A DNA stretch of 55,545 bases from positions 1 to 55,545 of the forward strand of contig JBBTRG010000005.1 of NCBI GenBank assembly GCA_038065295.1. Direction: 5' to 3'. This document shows positions 27,090-35,666 of this stretch, one piece after another. Numbering within the stretch: the stretch's first letter is position 1; every line of letters starts with the position of its first letter. Origin of the DNA: Patescibacteria group bacterium (GTDB lineage Bacteria > Patescibacteriota > Minisyncoccia > JACROR01). The notes beneath the pieces were generated by a model. It saw only the letters and a program-made list of their open reading frames with translations. It did no database searches and was not told the DNA's origin. Made by a program: the position numbers and the translations under genes.

Positions 27090-28233
27090 GATAATCCTGA
27101 AACCTTTTCTGCGTATAAAGTTTAGTTTTTGCCAAAACTTGCGCTATTTTTCTGCCCGTGCCCGGCTGAAAATACATATTGCTTAGCTGGTATTTCCCAT
27201 GCTTCAGCTGGCGCTCTATCGCCCGCTTGATGCTATTTTTAGCATAATTCGTATCCACTACATTTTCCGCGTGCATCCGGCCATTTTGCCGTGATCCGAT
27301 ATTAACCACGGGGACACCAAAATAGGAACACTCCTTGATGCCAGCCGATGAATTGCCAATAAGGCAAAGGGATTTTTTTAATAATCCTAAAAACTCTTCC
27401 GGCGGTAAATGCTTAATAAAATATATATTTTTGGGATTATTTTTCTCTCTGAAAATCCTTATTCCTTTGGAAATCTCGTCCGTTCCAGCATCAATATTCG
27501 GCCACAACCAAATAGTCGGAATCTGCAGTTCGTGAACCGCTTGCAAAGTTTTTGTTACATTCTCGCGGTTTTTGTCTATCTCGGAAGTAACGGGATGCTG
27601 CATTGCCATCAAATACGGCTTATTGATATCTATTACGCTGCCAACGCCTCTGATGGATGCTCCGGAAACTCCGTATCTTCCTTTGGCGATAAGTTCAAGC
27701 CCGGGACATCCGAAATTAAAAACATAGTTCGGCTTCTCCCCCATTCTTATTATTCTATCCTTGGATTGTTTATTGGTTGCAAAGTGGATATGCGCCAGTT
27801 TGGTAACGGCATGGCGCACGCTCTCGTCAATATTGCCGGTTACATCACCGCCCTCCAAATGCGCTATGGGAATATTTAAATAAGCGGCGGCAACGGCGGC
27901 AGATAAAATTTCATAGCGATCGCCTCGCACCACCACAACATCCGGCTCCAAGTTGGAAAAAGCGGTGGCAAATTCCGTCACTCCTATTCCGGTCGTCTTG
28001 GCCATGGCCAAAGGATCGCCCCCCTCAAAAGCCGTTGCAATCTTAAAGTTATAATTAAAGCCGTCATTTTTTAATGACGACACCACATCGCCATATTTTG
28101 GCAACAATGCGGAAGCGCCGATTATGATCTGCAACTCGACGTCTTTGCGTCGCTTAAGCTCACCCAGTATAAGTTTACTGCGCGCGTAGTGATTTCTAGA
28201 TGTGATTATAAAACAAATTTTTCTCTTGTTCAT
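27064..28233 (-). CDS. neuC: UDP-N-acetylglucosamine 2-epimerase (hydrolysing), NeuC type
   Basis: KICFIITSRNHYARSKLILGELKRR, VVVRGDRYE, AHLEGGDVTG, HFATN; 389 aa. Confidence 0.85.
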   Translation of the reverse strand: MNKRKICFIITSRNHYARSKLILGELKRRKDVELQIIIGASALLPKYGDVVSSLKNDGFNYNFKIATAFEGGDPLAMAKTTGIGVTEFATAFSNLEPDVVVVRGDRYEILSAAVAAAYLNIPIAHLEGGDVTGNIDESVRHAVTKLAHIHFATNKQSKDRIIRMGEKPNYVFNFGCPGLELIAKGRYGVSGASIRGVGSVIDINKPYLMAMQHPVTSEIDKNRENVTKTLQAVHELQIPTIWLWPNIDAGTDEISKGIRIFREKNNPKNIYFIKHLPPEEFLGLLKKSLCLIGNSSAGIKECSYFGVPVVNIGSRQNGRMHAENVVDTNYAKNSIKRAIERQLKHGKYQLSNMYFQPGTGRKIAQVLAKTKLYTQKRFQDYRGIKYNNV

Positions 28234-28246
28234 TCCGCCCTAAATA

Positions 28247-29338
28247 TCACGATAATATGCTGCCAACAATAGGATCATACCTATCCAAATCCTTAATAAC
28301 TCTCTTGCCGATCACATTTTCGTACTCTTCAGACGACAATCCGCCGGCATAGGCCTGCGGCCTCACGGCATATATCATGTCTTTTTGCAAAACTGTGCCG
28401 GCCTTTATTTTTCGTCCGGCCACTAATGATTTTCTAAAGATCGGCCTAAAAACCGCCTCGTCATCGGATAACAACTTAATTCCCACCGCTGCGCCTTGTT
28501 CTGTATAACGGTCTGTATTAATATTACCCATCTTCCGGATATTATCAACCATATCCTTAAACTCTTCCGGCATCATAGAAACCTTGTGATCGGAACCCCA
28601 CAAATCACGCGAAAAAGAAAAGTGTTTTTCAATCATTCCGGCGCCCATCTTAACGGCATCCGAAGCAGCGTCGCCGCCGATGGAATGGTCGGAAAAACCA
28701 ATCGTCACGCCATATCTATCTTTGAAAAAACCTATATTCTCAAGATGAAATGCCTCTGGCGGGCACGGATATTGGGAAACGCAGTATAATAAAATTATTG
28801 CCTGATTCCGTTTTTTTAGAAAACTCATTGACCTGTCAATCTCCTCCAGCGTGCTCATTCCGGAAGAAATGATAATCGGCTTGCCGGTCGCGGCTATATA
28901 GTCTAGCATTACAAAGTCCAAAATATCACCCGAGCCAACTTTCCATACCGGCGTCCCAATGCCCTCCAAAACTTGAGCCGCTCCTCTACTCATCGGCGTA
29001 GAGAAAAACATTATGCCAAGCTCATCACAATAGTCCTTCAATGCCCGCCAGAATGCCGCATCGGCTATTTCTGTATTTCTCTTAACCCAGTCGTATCTCT
29101 CGCCGCCCACAAAATGCGGAGAAACCACGCTGACTTTAAGCTGCTCATCATCCACATTGTGAGTTTGGAACTTAACGGCATCCGCCCCGGCAATCTTGGC
29201 TGCATATATCAATGCCTTGGCATTGTCCAAGTATTCTGTCGTCGGTCTCTCCTCTTTGGTCTGAATAAAATTCTTGACAATTTCCGCTATAAAAAAAACG
29301 GGTGTATTCAATTTTTTCCATATTGCCTTATTGTCCAT
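28247..29338 (-). CDS. neuB: NeuB-family nonulosonate synthase, divergent N-terminal motif
   Basis: AGADAVKFQTH, FSTPMS, FSDHSIG, IEKHFS and a C-terminal SAF-like region (RKSLVAGRKIKAGTVLQKDMIYAVRP). The usual IAE.G.NHNGS motif is replaced by IAEIVKNFIQTKEERPTTEY. Confidence 0.75.
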   Translation of the reverse strand: MDNKAIWKKLNTPVFFIAEIVKNFIQTKEERPTTEYLDNAKALIYAAKIAGADAVKFQTHNVDDEQLKVSVVSPHFVGGERYDWVKRNTEIADAAFWRALKDYCDELGIMFFSTPMSRGAAQVLEGIGTPVWKVGSGDILDFVMLDYIAATGKPIIISSGMSTLEEIDRSMSFLKKRNQAIILLYCVSQYPCPPEAFHLENIGFFKDRYGVTIGFSDHSIGGDAASDAVKMGAGMIEKHFSFSRDLWGSDHKVSMMPEEFKDMVDNIRKMGNINTDRYTEQGAAVGIKLLSDDEAVFRPIFRKSLVAGRKIKAGTVLQKDMIYAVRPQAYAGGLSSEEYENVIGKRVIKDLDRYDPIVGSILS

Positions 29339-29344
29339 TTTTGA

Positions 29345-29372
29345 TTGACGTCAAGCGCTTATGTGCTAATTT
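29345..29372 (+). promoter_or_regulatory. candidate extended -10 promoter for paralogue B, overlapping a 10-bp palindrome
   Basis: TTGACG (29345..29350), a 16-nt spacer, then TGcTAATTT (29364..29372). The -35 element is part of the perfect palindrome TTGACGTCAA. Confidence 0.3.
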
Positions 29373-29435
29373 TATTGCTGCATACAGCTTAAAATGTTTT
29401 TGCCATTTAATCAATAATGCGGTAATCTAATTAAA

Positions 29436-30992
29436 ATGGATACTGCATCATCAGTCCAAAAGACCACTACCTCCGACCAAAAGATCTGCTTTTTTTTGCA
29501 AAGAAGATTTGCCTATGTTGGCCATACAATGGCCATAACATTCAAGAAAAAATATGGCCTAAATCAATTTTGCGGCTATGTTCAGCTCCGCGATAGCTTT
29601 GAATTTTTAAAATCCCAAAAAGATATCGCCTACACCAAGTTATTACTGGAGGAAGACATCCAAAAACAATACGAAAGTGAGCCGTTGGACTTGAATTACA
29701 TAAAATATCTAGAACGGGAATATGGCATCCCTAATCTTTGGCCGTTCATAGACACAGATCGCATCATCAGATACAACTTACTGGTTCGCGAATACCCCTA
29801 CGACACTCCAACCTATACGCACGAGGAGATGATGAGAATCCTGCAAGTGCAGGCCAAGGCAATAATCAAATTTCTCAAAGAAGAGCGGCCGAATCTCATA
29901 ATTTTCTCGGTCGTTGGCGCTTTGAGCAGTTTGCTCCTCTATTACATAGCAAAAAAAGAAGGCATACGCACTTTAGTCATACAAAGATCCCGCATTGGCA
30001 ATAAATTTTCACTAACCGAAAATTATGATGACGCGGGTTATCTGGGAAAATCTTTTGATGAAATTCAAAAAGACAATGCGCCCGATCAAACATATATTAA
30101 ACAAGCGGAAGAATTTCTAAACAACTTCCGCGACAAACCCTCTCCCTACTCTATCGCGGTTACCCCCAAAGGCAGGCCGACGAGTAGAAAAAAACAATTC
30201 GCTTTCTTAGCGCCAGGCCACTTATTAAAATCCATTGGCTGGTTTCTGGAAGTATTACGCCATTATCTGTCTGATAAAAACCGTGATGATTACTCCACCA
30301 TAAAGCCGTGGTACTTTTTGTGGGATAGAATAAAAAGAAAAACGAGAGTCCTTAGAGGTTTTGACGATCTTTATGACGCGATTAATTTGGACGAAGATTT
30401 TGCTTTTTTTCCTTTGCAGGCCGTGCCGGAAATATCCACCATGCTTCATTCGCCGTTTTATATGGACCAATTGTGGCTCATCAAACAAATTGCCCGCTCA
30501 CTGCCATTACACTATAAACTTTACGTTAAAGAAGCCCCCGCCATGTTCGGCTACCGCCCTAGACGCTACTACAAAGAGCTCAAAAAAATACCCAATGTTA
30601 AATTGATTAATCCTACAATCATAAGTTTTGACCTAATCAAAAACAGCAAAATAGTGCTGACCAATACGGCAACTTCGGGGCTGGAGGCGTTATTTTTCAA
30701 AAAACCGGTGATAACTTTTGGCCACGCGTTTTATAATATTCTGCCCATGGTCAAAAGGTGCAGAGCCATTGAAGATCTGCCCGTGATGATAAGGGAACAG
30801 CTTGAAAATTTCCAACACGATGAAAAAGCTTTGATTTATTTTATAGCCGCCCTTTACAAGGAAAGCGTTGATGTAGATCTGATACAACTTTGGAATGTTG
30901 AAGGAAACGCGGAGATGGAGAAAAAAGAACGAGAGCTTATTCCTTTAGTGGACTTAATCGCCGAAAAAATAAAACTTAAGCCAGTCACTTAA
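29436..30992 (+). CDS. KpsS/KpsC-like (Capsule_synth-like) putative ulosonic-acid glycosyltransferase, paralogue B
   Basis: FAFFPLQAVPEIST...KLYVKEAPAMF...PNVKLINP...TNTATSGLEALFFKKPVITFG aligns by eye with the protein at 20985..22436. Confidence 0.45.
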   Translation: MDTASSVQKTTTSDQKICFFLQRRFAYVGHTMAITFKKKYGLNQFCGYVQLRDSFEFLKSQKDIAYTKLLLEEDIQKQYESEPLDLNYIKYLEREYGIPNLWPFIDTDRIIRYNLLVREYPYDTPTYTHEEMMRILQVQAKAIIKFLKEERPNLIIFSVVGALSSLLLYYIAKKEGIRTLVIQRSRIGNKFSLTENYDDAGYLGKSFDEIQKDNAPDQTYIKQAEEFLNNFRDKPSPYSIAVTPKGRPTSRKKQFAFLAPGHLLKSIGWFLEVLRHYLSDKNRDDYSTIKPWYFLWDRIKRKTRVLRGFDDLYDAINLDEDFAFFPLQAVPEISTMLHSPFYMDQLWLIKQIARSLPLHYKLYVKEAPAMFGYRPRRYYKELKKIPNVKLINPTIISFDLIKNSKIVLTNTATSGLEALFFKKPVITFGHAFYNILPMVKRCRAIEDLPVMIREQLENFQHDEKALIYFIAALYKESVDVDLIQLWNVEGNAEMEKKERELIPLVDLIAEKIKLKPVT

Positions 30993-31310
30993 TAGATCCC
31001 GCTACACTTCGAGAGTTATTTCACAAAAACCATTACGTGGATTAACGACAGAAAATCAAAAATCGGCAGAGGAATATTAACTTTGCTTTTCAATGGAAGT
31101 CTGACAATCCGTCTCATCTTTTTTGGAGTAAACCAATTTACGTGATCTTCTATCTTAAGCGCTCTTTTTAATTCTTTAACGTCATCCAAACTCTGGACAA
31201 AAATATAAATACATGCTATAGTGGAACAAAATATCATGCTCAAAACACTTATGGCATGATGCGTTATAGAGATATTATAACGAACTGTATCTTGACAATG
31301 GAGGTGTGCT

Positions 31311-32408
31311 TTGCCAAAAAAGATAGTTTTAGTTACGAGAGATGCCGCTCCTTCACGCTGTTTTAAGCGGCTGGAGCCAGTTTTAAGAGAGCGCGGATTT
31401 GATGTGGTGCTTTTCATAGGCGACGGCAAACCGCTTGCGGAGACTATGGATGAGATAGGGTTTGCCGCATCTCATGCGAGCGTAGTTGTATTGGGCATGT
31501 CTTCCTCTGCGGAGCTTGCGCGACCGGAGATTGCGGCTGGGGAAGCGGCCAAGCGTGCCGGTGTGCCATATGGATTTTACGGAGATGTTAGTCGTTGTTG
31601 GGGACGGGCCAGAAGCGGTGCGTGGTTTGAGGGGCTTGCTTCCGGTGCCGCTTTTTATTTTGGAGTGACACAGGAAGATACCGATACGGCTCGTGAAGTT
31701 TTTCCCAGCGCGAAACTTATCGGTACCGGTAATCCACTTCGCGAGGAGATGGCTTTTCCGCATTTTACGCGGGAAGAAGTTCGTGCCAAGCTCAACATAG
31801 CACCCGAAGAGAAGCTGGTTCTAGTGCCCGGCGGAAAATTTGCCGCTGGTAATCTATCCATGTGGGCAATGATAATGGACTCGCTTGCGTCTCTTACGAA
31901 TTATGATTTGCGTTTCCAGCTTGTGCTGGCAATTCACCCAGGCGACAGAACTCCGTATGCATTGGACGCGGCATCTAAAAAAGAGATGGTGCTCTATGAC
32001 GAACTACTTTCGTGCAGTCCAATTCCTGCAAGAATAATAAATAAAGATATTCTTACCGCTTCCGATATAGTCTCTGGCGCTGATATTGTCGTTGAGTGGG
32101 GAAGCTCTATCGGCATTGAAGGCGCATACCAAAATGTTCCTGTGATAAGTTTGGGTTTAGAGATACTGCGCCGTCGTTTAGAGCGTGCCAGCGATGTAAG
32201 AATACCTGAAGCTGTGAACGCAGGACTATCAGAATTAGTATCCGCCGACACCAATAAACTGGCCGATACTATTCAACGCCTTCTCACGCCAGATGGTTTT
32301 GCTCCAATGCGTGAACGACAGCAGAAGCTTTGCCCGAAACCAGCAGAGCGCGGTGCCGCGCTTCGTAAGATCGCGGACGCCATAGAAGACTTAACTAAAG
32401 AAGCTTGA
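31311..32408 (+). CDS. GT-B-fold glycosyltransferase/hydrolase-like protein (family unassigned), compositionally foreign
   Basis: 365 aa with a TTG start 6 nt after GGAGG. It is visibly GC-richer than all neighbours. The C-terminal half has a GT-B-like pattern (LVLVPGGKFAAGN..., ILTASDIVSGADIVVEWGSSIGIEGAYQNVPVISLG). Confidence 0.45.
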   Translation: MPKKIVLVTRDAAPSRCFKRLEPVLRERGFDVVLFIGDGKPLAETMDEIGFAASHASVVVLGMSSSAELARPEIAAGEAAKRAGVPYGFYGDVSRCWGRARSGAWFEGLASGAAFYFGVTQEDTDTAREVFPSAKLIGTGNPLREEMAFPHFTREEVRAKLNIAPEEKLVLVPGGKFAAGNLSMWAMIMDSLASLTNYDLRFQLVLAIHPGDRTPYALDAASKKEMVLYDELLSCSPIPARIINKDILTASDIVSGADIVVEWGSSIGIEGAYQNVPVISLGLEILRRRLERASDVRIPEAVNAGLSELVSADTNKLADTIQRLLTPDGFAPMRERQQKLCPKPAERGAALRKIADAIEDLTKEA

Positions 32409-32433
32409 TCGCTCAAGCTTCTTTTTATTTTTA
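32400..32433 (+). terminator. Rho-independent terminator
   Basis: Stem gaagcttga / tcaagcttc (9 bp, includes the TGA stop) with a 4-nt loop, followed by TTTTTATTTTT. Confidence 0.8.
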
Positions 32434-32772
32434 TGACTATCGGCGGATAGAAATTTTTCTTAAAATACGTATATTGCGAATAACAATAAAAAGATCTAAA
32501 TACCCGATTATCAATATCGCTATGTAATTGGTAATATGTTCAATCACTTCCGTGCAGATAACAACTTCACAACCCTGCCACGAATAAACGCATTATAATT
32601 TTTTTATCCATAAATTTTTTGGTTAAATTGATAACAAAAACATCATTCTTAATAACAAATGCCGTATTTTAAAATATACCCGACCTTGTTTATTATAAAA
32701 AGCAATCCTATATATCACAATATAACAGCTATTTGCTTACAAAAATAGTGTGCGGCTTGGTTAGCGGCACAT

Positions 32773-33567
32773 TTAGAGCCCACATGCAATATTCTTAAGC
32801 AGATATACGTTCTGATGTGTCGGAGGCTGGACTATATCAAAATGTTTTTTCTTGAGAAAAGTCAGTAGTGCATCAGCGGAATGCTTACCGTGTTCGTGAA
32901 TTTCAAAAGCGATATACTGGATATTGTTATAAATTTTTTCTGGTAGTTGATATAAAACTTCGAATTCCGAGCCTTCAATGTCCAATTTTAGAAGATCAAT
33001 AAATTTGATATTATTTTTTTGCATAATATCCTCGATGGTAGTGCAAAGCACTTCTTGGTCGCCAGAAATACACCGAACGCGTCCTTGCTCGAGGCTATGC
33101 GCATATTCGGAAGTTGATAAAAAAAATGTGCGCTTGCCGCTTTCTGCGCCCACAGCAAGCTGGTAGGGAAAGGCCTTATCTGTCGCCTTATTGAGTTTTA
33201 TATTATCAACCAAAACACGATAATTGGATTCTTCCGGCTCATAGGCAAAAATTTTGGCATTTTTGAATAAATTTATAGCAAATATAGAAAAAGTGCCTAT
33301 GTTTGCGCCTATATCCAAGATTACTGGGTTGGCGCTATTAAATGATACGGATGCCAGTCCATAATCATCTCTGGAAAACATTTCGTGCGCGACAACAAAA
33401 TCCGGGCCAAAAATGTTTCTAACATAGATTCGCCCCCCCCCCTCCCTTATTTTCAGCACCCTATCTTTTTTCAATATGCGCGTCATTGGCCACACAATAG
33501 TATACCAATTTTTATATGCCCTCATTCTTGTAAAAATATGCCTGATTTTGTCTAAATACTTGTTCAT
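32773..33567 (-). CDS. FkbM-family methyltransferase
   Basis: ILDIGANIGTFSIFA, FAYEPEESNYRVLVDNIKLN and IDLLKLDIEGSEFEVL are classical FkbM (Methyltransf_21) motifs. The gene contains the G10 tract at about codon 42. Confidence 0.85.
   Translation of the reverse strand: MNKYLDKIRHIFTRMRAYKNWYTIVWPMTRILKKDRVLKIREGGGRIYVRNIFGPDFVVAHEMFSRDDYGLASVSFNSANPVILDIGANIGTFSIFAINLFKNAKIFAYEPEESNYRVLVDNIKLNKATDKAFPYQLAVGAESGKRTFFLSTSEYAHSLEQGRVRCISGDQEVLCTTIEDIMQKNNIKFIDLLKLDIEGSEFEVLYQLPEKIYNNIQYIAFEIHEHGKHSADALLTFLKKKHFDIVQPPTHQNVYLLKNIACGL
33433..33442 (-). repeat. G10 homopolymer (C10 on plus strand) near the 5' end of the FkbM methyltransferase gene
   Basis: Read directly: gattcg CCCCCCCCCC tccctt. 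On the coding strand it reads agg gag ggg ggg ggg cga = REGGGR. Confidence 0.95.
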
Positions 33568-33596
33568 TTTATAATTTATGATTAGTTAACAATACT

Positions 33597-34607
33597 TTAA
33601 TGCTGATTTAAATTACCTAAAAATATCCTAAAAATCATCCCGTGCGTCAAGAGAGCCATTAAAAACCGGACATTATACGGATAGCAGTTATAATGCTTCC
33701 TGATGGCGTCAATGATATATTTATTTACATTAACTTTATTTTTCTTTGCCGACAAGATGGTGGCAAGGACAAAAGCGGCAAAGAGTTTTTGATACTCTCT
33801 ATGCTCTTGGGGCATATAATCCTTAATTATATCCAATATTTCACTGCTATCGTATAAATTAACTCCAAGTATTTTGTGGGGAGATCCGGTCCAATGATTT
33901 TCGTTTTTCCGGTGAAGAATTAAGGGTTCGGCGATAATATTGAATCCTCCTAACTTCGCAATCCCCATAATAATAGGCGCCTGATAAAGATATACATTGT
34001 CCGCGCGCGCATATTTCCTGGCCTCATCCATCCAATCTAAAAACAATTTCTTCTTACAGGCGACCGTGCTGATGAGGCCTGTCAAGTAGAGCCAGTTTTT
34101 AATTTTTGACAGTTTCTTTGCTTCTGTTTCAAAATTTCCAATCAGTACATCCTCCTCAATATCCAGGCGCTTGTCTCCGATTATTTCATAGTCTAAATTT
34201 CTATCATCATGAGATAAAATATTTTGGGTATTCAAAAGCATATAATTCGGACTGTGGGCATGAATAGATTGCAAAACTTTATTGATGGCTCCTTCGGTAA
34301 TCAAGTCATCTTCCCCAAACATCCATATATATTCTCCACGAGCCGCGGCAACCACGCTTAGAACATTTCCGGAAACTCCAAGATTTTTGGAGTGGTTTAT
34401 GGCTTTTACAAACTGATATTTGGATTGCAGTTGGTTAAGATATTTATCCGTGCCGTCAGACGACGCATCGTTACCAATGATAATTTCAACTTTATCGGAC
34501 AACCCGTCATTTATAATCTGTGAGATAAAAAGAGAGGCGGTTGTCTCCAAAAATTTAACTCTGTTATAAGTGACAATTAAAACGCTGAGAATTGGTTTGT
34601 GATTCAT
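33597..34607 (-). CDS. GT2 glycosyltransferase (soluble type)
   Basis: MNHKPILSVLIVTYNRVKFLE..., IIIGNDASSDGT, MFGEDD. The longest ORF runs to 34703 inside the upstream gene, but the conserved start is at ATG 34607. Confidence 0.8.
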   Translation of the reverse strand: MNHKPILSVLIVTYNRVKFLETTASLFISQIINDGLSDKVEIIIGNDASSDGTDKYLNQLQSKYQFVKAINHSKNLGVSGNVLSVVAAARGEYIWMFGEDDLITEGAINKVLQSIHAHSPNYMLLNTQNILSHDDRNLDYEIIGDKRLDIEEDVLIGNFETEAKKLSKIKNWLYLTGLISTVACKKKLFLDWMDEARKYARADNVYLYQAPIIMGIAKLGGFNIIAEPLILHRKNENHWTGSPHKILGVNLYDSSEILDIIKDYMPQEHREYQKLFAAFVLATILSAKKNKVNVNKYIIDAIRKHYNCYPYNVRFLMALLTHGMIFRIFLGNLNQH

Positions 34608-34620
34608 GGCAATACCATAG

Positions 34621-35655
34621 CTAACTCTTGACCGCCACCATAAAAAGTATATCGGACAAACTTTGCTCATCAACCGTCTTTTGCATATCATCCGCCAAAG
34701 CAATCATCCGCTCAATCAAATCACTTTCTTTTAATCCCGCATTATTGGCGGCGGCAAGAATCAAATCCACGGCATCCTGCCCGAATTCCCAAACACCTAC
34801 CGCCTTTAACCCCGCGCCGTTCAACATGAGCTCAACGGATTTTTCCGTAAAAATATGCAGATGATCCGGCGGACAAATGTGACGATACGGCAAGTGAGGA
34901 AAAGCCAAATTAACGAACGAAGACAACGAAGGATGGCGCGGAACTTCAAATACGACAAAAGCTCCTTTTTGTAAACCGCCCGCAATCGCGCCTAAAAACT
35001 CGGCCGGATTATTGATGTGCTCCAAAACATTGATGAGAGAAACGGCTTTCGCGTCTTTAAGCTGCGGAGCATTTGCCGCCGTAATATATTCTTGGACAAC
35101 CTCTATGCCGCGCCGTCTGGCAAAATCCGCTTCCACCGCGTCGGCCTCAAACCCTTTTATCTCCCAGCCGGTTTTCCGCGCCGCGACCAAAAACTCGCCC
35201 GCCCCACAACCAATATCTATCCAGAGTCCCTTTTCTCCAATGACGCTGTTGCAATATTCTATTTTTGGCAAAGCAATCTGTTCCATCCTCTTTGAAAAAA
35301 TCTCTTCGTCAAGGTAGACCAATTTTTGCATTGAGCCGCCTTCACCGCCACTATAAAGTTTTTTGACAACATTCAAGTCAAGCGGCGGCTGCATAAAGAG
35401 ATGGCCGCAAGATTCACATTCGGAATATTTGCATGCGTAAACTTCTATAAAGTCATGGAACTTCCCGCTTTTGCAAATGGGGCACACGGAAAGCTTCGCT
35501 TGGAAAACAGCAATATTTGCCACATTATTCTTATTCGCGCCGGCCATATTTTTTCTCCATGCCGCGCCGCGTTTTAATTTTTTCCAATCTATCAATTTGC
35601 CTTTTCGCCGGGGAACATCGGGAAATGATGAATATTTTTCTTTATTTGTTTCCAT
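34621..35655 (-). CDS. class I SAM methyltransferase with N-terminal Cys4 zinc ribbon
   Basis: CPICKSGKF...CESCGHLF, then WIDIGCGAGEF, AVSLINVLEHI, LQKGAFVVFEVP. Confidence 0.75.
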   Translation of the reverse strand: METNKEKYSSFPDVPRRKGKLIDWKKLKRGAAWRKNMAGANKNNVANIAVFQAKLSVCPICKSGKFHDFIEVYACKYSECESCGHLFMQPPLDLNVVKKLYSGGEGGSMQKLVYLDEEIFSKRMEQIALPKIEYCNSVIGEKGLWIDIGCGAGEFLVAARKTGWEIKGFEADAVEADFARRRGIEVVQEYITAANAPQLKDAKAVSLINVLEHINNPAEFLGAIAGGLQKGAFVVFEVPRHPSLSSFVNLAFPHLPYRHICPPDHLHIFTEKSVELMLNGAGLKAVGVWEFGQDAVDLILAAANNAGLKESDLIERMIALADDMQKTVDEQSLSDILFMVAVKS

Positions 35656-35666
35656 TTTTAGATAGA

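Noticed and set aside
31016-31429. A 137-aa minus-strand ORF covering the 318-nt spacer upstream of the GC-rich gene.
   Set aside because: Its 5' third overlaps the plus-strand gene and its SD. The remaining ~70 codons have no motif, signal or SD. A small genuine peptide cannot be excluded, but the sequence gives no support for one.
31383-32254. Three minus-strand ORFs (31383..31763, 31655..31861, 31994..32254) opposite the GC-rich gene.
   Set aside because: Elevated GC removes stop codons on the antisense strand. The products are Arg/Ser/Pro-rich nonsense and overlap a gene with a good SD, start and terminator.
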